A stretch of 64,000 nt of DNA from Thermodesulfobacteriota bacterium. GTDB lineage: Bacteria; Desulfobacterota; BSN033; UBA1163. A program made the position numbers and the translations under genes. Below the pieces are notes generated by a model, which saw only the letters and a list, made by a program, of their open reading frames with translations, did no database searches and was not told the DNA's origin. Positions 28,875 through 36,938 of the stretch are shown here, piece after piece. Each line of letters begins with the position of its first letter. The first letter of the stretch is position 1. Location of the stretch: positions 9,303 to 73,302 of the forward strand of contig JBEKUZ010000008.1 in NCBI GenBank assembly GCA_049514515.1, written 5' to 3'.

Positions 28875-29786
28875 TTATTCCTTCCAATAAGAGTAAAAAT
28901 TATACCATTGATCCGGGTATTTTTCGATATACCCCTCAAATTTTTTGATTAATCTCTCCATCCCCTCTCGAATAACGGCCTCCCGGGCCTTTCTCGAGGA
29001 GGGATTAAAATAGATGGGGGGCTCAATGATTCCTCTGTACTTTCGATTCTTTTCCATCACGACGAAGACGGGTAAGACCGGGGCCTCCGTGGCCATCGCG
29101 AGAATGGCGACGCCGATGGGAAAGGCCGTCTTCTTCCCAAAAAAATCGAAGACCATCGTCTTTTGAGACTCTATCCGATCCCCCAACATGGCCAGGATCT
29201 CGTTCCGCCGAAGGGCCTTGACAGCATCCAGGATCGCCATGGGAGAGTCATCCTTCGGATTGATATAGAGAATCTTTATTCCCCTCCTTCTTCTCATTTC
29301 CTCCCGAAAGGACCGGGTATCCGCATCTCTCTCGTCGAGAGTGAGGACATTGAGACTTCCTCCCCTGAAAGAGAAGAGCAATCCTCCGATCTCCCAATTC
29401 CCAAGATGGGGTGTGATACAAATCGCTCCTTTTCCGGCACGAAGGGCTTCGATCATATGATCCGCCCCTACCTCCTCTTCAACCCATCGTTCTTTATTGG
29501 ACGGACGGAGGCGATGCATCACCATGTAATCCAGAAGGTATTGTCCGTAGTTCTGGAACGTCTTGCGCGTTAAAACATCCACTCTCTCCTTTGACCACCT
29601 TCTTCTACTCACCCCTTCCATATTTTTTCGGACATGAGCTCTCGTCTTCCTCATCAGAAGATAAAAGAGATCTCCGATGACCACACTGAAGAATTTCTGG
29701 ATTGGCCGGGGGATGAGGGTGGAGCAAAACTGGAAGAAGAAGAGGTAGATAAACCGATTTAGTGATCGGGGGTGACGTTCTTCCAT
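28875..29786 (-). CDS. LpxL/HtrB-family (lysophospholipid/lipid A) acyltransferase
   Basis: 303 aa, N-terminal TM segment, ITPHLGNWEIGG (H-x-G-N-W-E motif). Confidence 0.75.
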   Translation of the reverse strand: MEERHPRSLNRFIYLFFFQFCSTLIPRPIQKFFSVVIGDLFYLLMRKTRAHVRKNMEGVSRRRWSKERVDVLTRKTFQNYGQYLLDYMVMHRLRPSNKERWVEEEVGADHMIEALRAGKGAICITPHLGNWEIGGLLFSFRGGSLNVLTLDERDADTRSFREEMRRRRGIKILYINPKDDSPMAILDAVKALRRNEILAMLGDRIESQKTMVFDFFGKKTAFPIGVAILAMATEAPVLPVFVVMEKNRKYRGIIEPPIYFNPSSRKAREAVIREGMERLIKKFEGYIEKYPDQWYNFYSYWKE

Positions 29787-29787
29787 A

Positions 29788-31158
29788 TTAACCCCCGAAG
29801 TAGTCTCTTAAAAAAGCAAGAAGCGTCCGCATACCCAAATGATGTTTCTTGACGTGATGCCAGATATCCTGAATCGCTTTCTTCGACCGGGTATAGTAGA
29901 GAAGATGTGCCTTTAGCAGAAGCCACTCCATTCGGATAAATGAGAGATGGTCGTGCTTGAAGACCAGGTGCTGCATATCAAAGAAGGACCAGGGCGATCT
30001 CCATTTGAAGATCCGGTCCTTCACCTGCTGATAGATGGCTGTCCCCGGATAAGGGGTGAGGATGGCGAACTGGGCCACATTCGTGTCGAGCTTTTTTGCA
30101 AAACGGATGGTGTCATGAATCGTCTTGGCGGTATCGTGGAGCCCCGCCAGGATATAGGAGGCATGAATCTCAAGGCCATTCCGTTTCAGCATCTCCACCG
30201 TCTGAACGGTTTCGTCCACATGAATCCCCTTCCTCAGCTCTTCGAGGGTTTTCGGGCTGGAGGATTCCACTCCGATAAAAACCGACTTTGCTCCTGCCCT
30301 CACCATCTCTTTCACCATCTCTCCATTTCGGAGCAGGAGGTCGATCCTGGAGAGGCACCACCACCAGAGGTCGAGTTCTTTTTCAACGATCCCATGGCAA
30401 ATTTCAATCACCCTTTTTGGATTGAGGTTGAAGGTATCATCCACGAAGGCGACGGCATGAAAATGATATCGATAATAAACCTCTTCGATTTCCTTTAGAA
30501 CAGAGGCCACACTCCTGGCCCTGATTTTCGTTCCCCAAAAATGGGAGGAAGAACAAAAAACGCATTGATAGGGACACCCACGGCTCGTGATCATAGGGGT
30601 AATGGGACGGCCTCCAATTTTTGTCTTTTGATAATCTTCGATATGGATCAGATGCCTGGCGGGGAGGGGAAGACTGTCGAGATCCTCGATGAAAGGTCTG
30701 GGAAGAGTTCGTACCAGCTTTCCCTTTGAAAAGAAACTAATTCCCTTGACCGAATCAAATGGACCATTTTTCTTTTCTAAGGCAGCAACCAATTCTGAAA
30801 AGGTGATCTCGCCTTCTCCGCGGACGATGAAATCAACTTTCTTCGTTGAGAGGATTTCTTCATCTACATATCCTGGATGGGGTCCCCCCATCACTACCGT
30901 GCAACCGTTGGCCTTTGCTTTCTTGGCTAATCGAAGGGCCTGACGGTGGCGGGTTGTATCCGTGGAGATACCGACCAAATCATATTTTTTAAAATCGATC
31001 TCTTCCTTCTTCCTTCGAACAGCCAAGTCCCTGACCACGACCGGTTGGCCCTCTTTCTCCGCATACGCCGCAACGTAGAGAAGGCCGAGAGGGGGAAAGA
31101 GAACCCCTGTTGCTTTTAAGGTTCCCGTAGGAGCAGGGTTGATCAATAGGATGTTCAT
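29788..31158 (-). CDS. B12-binding-domain radical SAM protein, paralog 1
   Basis: MNILLINPAP..., TSRGCPYQCVFCSS. Start at the internal ATG at 31158. The stop is 1 nt from the LpxL-like start. Confidence 0.85.
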   Translation of the reverse strand: MNILLINPAPTGTLKATGVLFPPLGLLYVAAYAEKEGQPVVVRDLAVRRKKEEIDFKKYDLVGISTDTTRHRQALRLAKKAKANGCTVVMGGPHPGYVDEEILSTKKVDFIVRGEGEITFSELVAALEKKNGPFDSVKGISFFSKGKLVRTLPRPFIEDLDSLPLPARHLIHIEDYQKTKIGGRPITPMITSRGCPYQCVFCSSSHFWGTKIRARSVASVLKEIEEVYYRYHFHAVAFVDDTFNLNPKRVIEICHGIVEKELDLWWWCLSRIDLLLRNGEMVKEMVRAGAKSVFIGVESSSPKTLEELRKGIHVDETVQTVEMLKRNGLEIHASYILAGLHDTAKTIHDTIRFAKKLDTNVAQFAILTPYPGTAIYQQVKDRIFKWRSPWSFFDMQHLVFKHDHLSFIRMEWLLLKAHLLYYTRSKKAIQDIWHHVKKHHLGMRTLLAFLRDYFGG

Positions 31159-31187
31159 TGAAAAACTTCTCCCAGAACTACACGACG

Positions 31188-31360
31188 TTCCAAATTTCAA
31201 ATTACAAATCCCAAATAAACTCCAGTCTCCATTATCCAATGACCGGAGCCGATTTTGCCCCCTCACCCTTCCCCTCTCCCCGCTGGGGAGAGGGAGGGGG
31301 TGAGGGGAATTTCAAGTATCTTCGGTTGATATTCATTTGGAGTTTAGTATTTGTAATTTG
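31188..31360. repeat. Nested composite palindrome (AT-rich outer arms around PU copy 5 at 31258-31307)
   Basis: The left arm caaattacaaatcccaaataaactcc is the inverted match of the right arm ggagtttagtatttgtaatttg, with PU at the centre. Confidence 0.75.
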
Positions 31361-31380
31361 ATGCTTTTCTTCGCTGTGCT

Positions 31381-32352
31381 CTATGCGCCATGCGCTATGC
31401 TATCCTTTTTTTGGCGATAGCGCTCGCAGAGGTCGCCCCAGCAGGCCACCACTTGGTGGTCCACCAGAAGCTGGATCACTTCACACTGATTTCCGCATTC
31501 TTCACAATCAAACCCCCGTGTGGAACACGACTTTTGAGGAAGATCAAATCCTCTAAATTGAGTTTTGGAGGGTTTGGCCTTCTTCACCAATTTTGCAGCC
31601 CCGATGGCACCCATGACGTCAAAATGTTCCGGGATGACGAGAGAGACCTCCAACTCTCTTTCGAGCGCTCTTTGGATGCCTCGATTCGCCGCGACACCAC
31701 CCTGGAAGACGATGGGAGAAAGGATTTCTTTCCCACGGCAGACGTTATTCAAATAGTTCTTCACCAGGGAGTCACAGAGGCCAGCCACAATATCCTCAAC
31801 AGAATGTCCGATCTGTTGCTTATGAATCATATCTGTTTCGGCAAAGACCGTGCATCGGCCTGCGATCCGGACAGGGTGGTCGGCCTTGAGCGCGAGGTCT
31901 CCGAAAGCCTCGATGGAGATCCCGAGCCTCGCTGCCTGCTGATCCAGGAAAGATCCCGTGCCTGCCGCGCAGACGGTATTCATGGCAAAGTCGACGACGA
32001 CGCCGTTCCTCAGGACGATGACCTTGGAATCCTGGCCGCCGATCTCGATGATGGTCTTGGCCTCCGGCAGGAAATCAATTACGGAAACGGCATGGGCCGT
32101 GATCTCATTTTTGACAAGATCGGCGCCTACCAGATAAGCAGCCAAATGTCTGGCACTGCCGGTGGTCGCCACTCCGTCAATAGAAACGATTTTCCTAAGC
32201 TGAGTCAGGATTTCCTCCATCCCCTGCTGGATGGCTTCGATGGGCCGCCCGCTATTGCGAATATAGGACTTGGCCAAAACCCGGTCGTCTCCGCTAAGCA
32301 CCACTAACTTGGTGGTAATGGACCCGACATCAATGCCTAAATAGTTTGCCAT
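31381..32352 (-). CDS. BcrAD/BadFG/HgdC-type ATPase (activase) with Cys-rich C-terminal tail
   Basis: MANYLGIDVGSITTK (ASKHA phosphate-1), IEIGGQDSK, CAAGTGSF. Tail CSTRGFDCEECGNQCE. Start at the ATG at 32352, because the track start (MRALQ) lies in the REP. Confidence 0.8.
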   Translation of the reverse strand: MANYLGIDVGSITTKLVVLSGDDRVLAKSYIRNSGRPIEAIQQGMEEILTQLRKIVSIDGVATTGSARHLAAYLVGADLVKNEITAHAVSVIDFLPEAKTIIEIGGQDSKVIVLRNGVVVDFAMNTVCAAGTGSFLDQQAARLGISIEAFGDLALKADHPVRIAGRCTVFAETDMIHKQQIGHSVEDIVAGLCDSLVKNYLNNVCRGKEILSPIVFQGGVAANRGIQRALERELEVSLVIPEHFDVMGAIGAAKLVKKAKPSKTQFRGFDLPQKSCSTRGFDCEECGNQCEVIQLLVDHQVVACWGDLCERYRQKKDSIAHGA

Positions 32353-32363
32353 AATAGGAATTT

Positions 32364-32418
32364 GTAGCGCCCTCATTTATTGAGGGCGGAGTCGGTCGGC
32401 AATGAATGCCGACGCTAC
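32364..32418. repeat. REP doublet
   Basis: gtagcgccctcatttattgagggcg - 6 nt - gtcggcaatgaatgccgacgctac. Confidence 0.85.
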
Positions 32419-32433
32419 TCTATTTGACCTTTG

Positions 32434-33471
32434 TCATTTGTAATTGATTTGAACTTGATTCACCTTCGGTTCATCACTCCGTGCGACATTTGAACTTTGT
32501 AATTTCTTCTGCTCTTCCACGACATCCCGGAACGCCTCCAGCCGGGTGGTCAATCCTTCCCTTCCGGTATGTTCGTCAAGGGAGAGAATGAGCAGGGGGA
32601 CGGAGGCTCTTCCCTGGACTTTCAACCTTCTTTTGATAAATTCTTGAAGAAGGGCATCGATACCGCACTTAAAGGAGGTAAGGAAGACCACTCCATCCAC
32701 CCCATCGGATAGAAAGTGAAACAGAGACCCTACAATTTCTCTCCCGGACGACCAGTAGATCTCTTTGGAGAGGTCAGAGACTTCTCGATCGATCTCCTTT
32801 TCGGAAAGAAGATCAGAGGTAACGATCTCCATTTGCAAACTTTTCGCCAGGGCAAGGAGGTCTTTGTTGATATCGGTGTCGAAGAGATTGTAAGGATGAC
32901 CGATGAAAGCGATACGGAACGGAGCTTTTTTTCTCACGGGCGACATTGGAACATCCATTTCGAAAAGCTGGGCCGTGGGAAGCCGGTTGATTCGGTCCAC
33001 CCAATCCTTCTGAAATTTGGAAAAAGACTTCTCTGCCTCTCGAAAGGCCCTCTTGCTCTCTTGCCTTGAGGCGCCCAGCTTTTCACCGATCCTTAGAAAA
33101 GTCTGAAGAAGGGACATTCCTCCTTTTCGAAGATCGATGGTTTCGTCAAGGATGGAAACATTTCCTTCCGTAGCAAGCCGCACGATGTCGGGGGCTCCCC
33201 GAAACTTAGGACACATGATGTAAGTTCGATGAATACTGACTAACCGAGGGATAAAAAGATGATCCACCTTGTCTTTCAATTGAACTGCATGCGTGACCAG
33301 AAGTTTCATCGGAAGACAACTGTCTTCGAAATAGATGATCTTCTCCTTCTGTCTTGCCCCGTCGGAAATCTTCACCCTCCAGCCCAGCCTTTCAAAAAAA
33401 GGGCGCCAGAGAGGAAGGTAGCGATAAAACATCAGGGCTCTGGGAATGCCTATGCGGCCTTTCTCTTCCAT
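32434..33471 (-). CDS. Acyl-CoA dehydratase activase-related protein (DUF2229/HgdB-like), subunit B
   Basis: MEEKGRIGIPRALMFYRYLPLWRPFFERLGW..., FKCGIDA, LSLDEHTGREGLTTRLEAF. Start at the internal ATG at 33471, giving a 22-nt overlap with the upstream gene. Confidence 0.7.
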   Translation of the reverse strand: MEEKGRIGIPRALMFYRYLPLWRPFFERLGWRVKISDGARQKEKIIYFEDSCLPMKLLVTHAVQLKDKVDHLFIPRLVSIHRTYIMCPKFRGAPDIVRLATEGNVSILDETIDLRKGGMSLLQTFLRIGEKLGASRQESKRAFREAEKSFSKFQKDWVDRINRLPTAQLFEMDVPMSPVRKKAPFRIAFIGHPYNLFDTDINKDLLALAKSLQMEIVTSDLLSEKEIDREVSDLSKEIYWSSGREIVGSLFHFLSDGVDGVVFLTSFKCGIDALLQEFIKRRLKVQGRASVPLLILSLDEHTGREGLTTRLEAFRDVVEEQKKLQSSNVARSDEPKVNQVQINYK

Positions 33472-34550
33472 TCCAACATCTCCACAAAGGCCTCGAGAAG
33501 TGTCTGAATGCGGCCTTCGATCTCTTGCTCGTCCAGGATGAGCGTCAGGATAGGAATGTCTCGGTCCCTCCCGACCTTTGTCAGAATTCCAGAGGCGGTG
33601 GTCTCCGGCATGCAGGCAAAGGGCATGAGATGGACGATCCCGTCGTATCCTTCTTGGGCTCTCAGGATGGCCTCGCCGATGGAGATATTGCATTCTGCGC
33701 CGACATCGTAACCCAGGTAAGCCTTTGATGCTTCGAAGAACCGAACGCGTTCCGAAGCCCGATCCGCCTTATTTTTGCGAAGACTCCTCAGAATATGAGT
33801 GGAGAACCAGGAGGTGCGCGTTACTTCGACGCCCAGTTCCCCCAGCTTTTGCTCCACTCCTCGATTGATATGGGGGTCCATGACCGTATAAAGCTCGCCC
33901 ACAATGGCGACCCGAAACGGGATGCGGGACCGGTCTTGCTCCATTTCCTGAAGAAGGGTCTTTCCATTTTGAATGGCTTCTTCGACGGTCTTTTGAGTTT
34001 TCGCCTCATCTACCAGGGAGAGGGCCTTCTTCAGTCGCTTTTGAGTCTCTCCTTTCTTGAGCTCCATCGGTCTGACCTTCATGGCCAATCGTTCTAAGGC
34101 TTCACAGGCCATCATCTTCTTCCATCCCATCCAGAGCCCGTAAGGGAAGAAGAGAACGTTTCTGGCGCTCAATTCTTTTCTCAGATCCTTCGTCTCCTCG
34201 TGATTCTTCCAGAGGGCCTTCCAGCTAAATCGAGGTGGAATCGTCAGCCATCGATAATGAAGGCCCATATCTTCGAGGATCACTTTTTGGACAAGGTCAT
34301 AGAGTCCGAGACGGCAAGGAGGCCCACTGCCGACCATCACAATGGTATCCGCCCCCATCTGAAGGGCTTCGATAAAATTTCCCAGGATGATTTTGAAAGG
34401 AAGACAGATACACTCATTCGAGTGGAGGACACCCAGGGTCAGGGTCTTGCGACTGGTTTCAGGAGGAAGGATGTAAGGAATGCCGGCGGTCTCTGCGATC
34501 GCCTTGCAGAAGATGTGCATCGAGCCCAGACGGGGAAAGGTCACCTTCAT
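33450..34550 (-). CDS. Acyl-CoA dehydratase activase-related protein (DUF2229/HgdB-like), subunit A
   Basis: LTLGVLHSNECICLPFKIILGNFIEALQMGADTIVMVGSGPPCRLGLY and FACMPE...ILTLILDEQE blocks, typical of the CoA-enzyme activase C-terminal region. Confidence 0.7.
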   Translation of the reverse strand: MKVTFPRLGSMHIFCKAIAETAGIPYILPPETSRKTLTLGVLHSNECICLPFKIILGNFIEALQMGADTIVMVGSGPPCRLGLYDLVQKVILEDMGLHYRWLTIPPRFSWKALWKNHEETKDLRKELSARNVLFFPYGLWMGWKKMMACEALERLAMKVRPMELKKGETQKRLKKALSLVDEAKTQKTVEEAIQNGKTLLQEMEQDRSRIPFRVAIVGELYTVMDPHINRGVEQKLGELGVEVTRTSWFSTHILRSLRKNKADRASERVRFFEASKAYLGYDVGAECNISIGEAILRAQEGYDGIVHLMPFACMPETTASGILTKVGRDRDIPILTLILDEQEIEGRIQTLLEAFVEMLEWKRKAA

Positions 34551-35956
34551 CCATGTCTACCCACTACCTTTTTCCCTGTCGAAAGGGGCTCGGGGGTTGG
34601 ACCCTCCATTTTTTCTTTCCAGGCGGCTTCCGCAATCTCTCCGTAAGCTTTCGCGTAGCTGTCGATGGCCTGTGCAAAATCCGTAAAAAGCTGCTCTGCC
34701 CCTTCATGGGTAAAGTATTTTGCGTACTGAAGGGCAAACTCCCTCCCTTTCTGAGGGTGATCGATCAGGGGACAGGCTCGAAACAAGTTCTCCGAGAAAG
34801 GCTGGTGGGATCGCATTTCCTTGAAGAGAGGAGAATTGAGAGCTTCCATGAGAGACTTCTCTTTGATATTGTCAGAAGCAAAATGGCAAAAGATACAGGG
34901 CTCGACATCCCCCTGGGCATTCACATGAAAGTACTTCCTCCCCGCGGCAATGCATCCCTGAGTGAGACAGCCATCGTTCCAGAAATCAACGAAAAGCATC
35001 GGTTTGGTGGCCCGAAAATAGGCCAGCCGTTCCCTTGCCCGACACCTCTGCTCAGGAGTCACCATGAGGGAGAGATCAGGGTTTCTTCCGATGGGGACGT
35101 AATGGAAGTTCCAGAGAAGGATGCATCCTCGCTCCACCAGAAAATCGACAAAGGCATCGCTCGTCAGGACATCGTGATTTTTGGAAGTCTGCGTCGTGGA
35201 GACAGCAAAAAAGATCCCAGCTTCTTTGAGTCGATCCATCACCCGCAGAGCTCGATCGAACTGCCCCTTGCCTCTTCTTCCATCGGTTTCTTCTCTGAGC
35301 CCTTCGAGGCTGATTGCGGGAGAGACATTCCCCAGAGCCACGAATCGATCGATCATCTTCTCGTCGATCAAGGTGGCATTGGTATAGACCTGAAACATCA
35401 TATCATCATGCTTTTCAAAGAGGTCGAAAAGATCCTGCCTCAAGAAGGGTTCTCCGCCCGTCATCATGACCAGATGGATACCCATCTCTTTACATTCCCC
35501 CATGAGCCGATCCAGCACCTCATAAGGAAGATCCTCCTGGGAATAGACCCCTGAATAACAACCATAGCAATTCAGGTTGCACCGCATCGTCGGGCTGATC
35601 AACATGGCGTCCGGCGGATAAAATCCCCTTTCTGCCTCAAAGGCCTTTCTTCGATTGGTGCCCACGAGGAGTTGGTTAACGATGAAGTTGGAGATGAGTT
35701 TTCTCCGATGATGGGGATGCGTCTCGCTGAGAACCCTCTTCGCAATCGACAGACCGGGATGATTGGTTTGGAACAGGGTGCGAATCCATCGAATCTTCTC
35801 TCGATAGGATTCCTTTTGGGGAATTTTCTCCGCAAGATAGGTCAGACGGATCAAATTCTCTGTGGAGGCGCCTGCCAGGAGAGAAAGAGCGCTCGCGGTG
35901 AATTTTTCTATGGAATATCGCTTCGCTCGCTGATAAAAATCCATCTTCCTCCTCAC
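34547..35956 (-). CDS. Radical SAM protein with SPASM/twitch-like C-terminal Cys cluster
   Basis: SPTMRCNLNCYGCY (CX3CX2C), GGEPFL, C-terminal CIAAGRKYFHVNAQGDVEPCIFC. 4-nt overlaps at both ends. Confidence 0.8.
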   Translation of the reverse strand: MRRKMDFYQRAKRYSIEKFTASALSLLAGASTENLIRLTYLAEKIPQKESYREKIRWIRTLFQTNHPGLSIAKRVLSETHPHHRRKLISNFIVNQLLVGTNRRKAFEAERGFYPPDAMLISPTMRCNLNCYGCYSGVYSQEDLPYEVLDRLMGECKEMGIHLVMMTGGEPFLRQDLFDLFEKHDDMMFQVYTNATLIDEKMIDRFVALGNVSPAISLEGLREETDGRRGKGQFDRALRVMDRLKEAGIFFAVSTTQTSKNHDVLTSDAFVDFLVERGCILLWNFHYVPIGRNPDLSLMVTPEQRCRARERLAYFRATKPMLFVDFWNDGCLTQGCIAAGRKYFHVNAQGDVEPCIFCHFASDNIKEKSLMEALNSPLFKEMRSHQPFSENLFRACPLIDHPQKGREFALQYAKYFTHEGAEQLFTDFAQAIDSYAKAYGEIAEAAWKEKMEGPTPEPLSTGKKVVGRHG

Positions 35957-36642
35957 CAGAACAGACCCCGAAGAAAAAGCATACAGACGATCCAGGTATC
36001 GGCCACTGGCCTGAAATGGCTGGAGCCGGTTCCGTCAATTCTGGGCGTATTGATAGGAACAGATAACACACTGAACCCCTTTTTGCAAGCTTTAATAAGG
36101 AGTTCCAATTCCGTCTCGAATCGGGATGTCGAGAGCTCGACCGCCCTTAACACCTCCGTCCGAATGAGTCGAAACCCGGATTGGCTGTCCAAAATGTCCG
36201 AGTGGCAGAGCCGTGAAACAGCCTTTACCCCCAAACGATTCCAAAAGCGGCGGAGGAAGGTCATTTTGTCAAACTCCGTTGCCCGGGAGGCAATGAGGAT
36301 ATCGGGTTTGACGCTTTGAAAAATCCTGAGAAGGGACGGGATTTCTGCGGGATCATGTTGACCGTCTGCATCCAGAGTGATCACCACCCGATAGTCTCTT
36401 TGGAGGATATATTGGAATCCTGTCCGAAGGGCAGCCCCCTTTCCAAGGTTAAGGGGGTGCACCAGGAGTTGGACTCTATTTTCCAAAGCCAACCGCTTCG
36501 TCTCATCCGAAGATCCGTCATCGACGACAACGATATCGCTTTTGAGAGGTTCGATTTTTTTTAGAACCGAACCAAGAGTGTCCTGAGCATTATAAGCAGG
36601 GATGAGGATACAGATTTTATCCGACCGTTGCATACAATCCAT
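35953..36642 (-). CDS. Family 2 glycosyltransferase
   Basis: ICILIPAYNAQDTL...VVVDDGSSDET...LDADGQHDP. Confidence 0.8.
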   Translation of the reverse strand: MDCMQRSDKICILIPAYNAQDTLGSVLKKIEPLKSDIVVVDDGSSDETKRLALENRVQLLVHPLNLGKGAALRTGFQYILQRDYRVVITLDADGQHDPAEIPSLLRIFQSVKPDILIASRATEFDKMTFLRRFWNRLGVKAVSRLCHSDILDSQSGFRLIRTEVLRAVELSTSRFETELELLIKACKKGFSVLSVPINTPRIDGTGSSHFRPVADTWIVCMLFLRGLFW

Positions 36643-36679
36643 TGCTTACGATTTAAGATAACTGTGATATCTTGACCCA

Positions 36680-36875
36680 CAAAGCACCAAATTCCAAGTG
36701 CTAAGCTTCAAATAAATCTCCCCGCCTGCCGGCAGGCAGGAATAACCAAGAGTTCGAATTCAAAACCCCTCACCCTCCCCTCTCCCCGCCGGGGAGAGGG
36801 ATAGGGTGAGGGGCGTCATTGGGTTTTGCTGATTGGAATTTATTCGTAATTTGGGATTTCGAAATTAGAATTTTG
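36680..36875. repeat. Composite palindromic element (AT-rich arms, cctgccggcagg palindrome, PU copy 6 at 36766-36813)
   Basis: caccaaattccaag...aaataaatc on the left is the inverted match of gattggaatttattcgtaatttgggatttcgaaatt on the right. Confidence 0.7.
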
Positions 36876-36938
36876 ACTCCCAAGCTCTTTAGATCTGTAT
36901 CTCCCTTTGGCGTTTCAAGAGTTGATATGTCAGGTATT

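Noticed and set aside
31390-32307. 305-aa plus-strand ORF antisense to the BcrAD-type ATPase. Similar long antisense ORFs lie at 25219..26151, 34553..35554, 29947..30498, 43088..43729 and 56822..58276.
   Set aside because: Each lies fully within a strongly supported gene on the other strand and has a low-complexity, Arg/Pro/Gly-biased composition.
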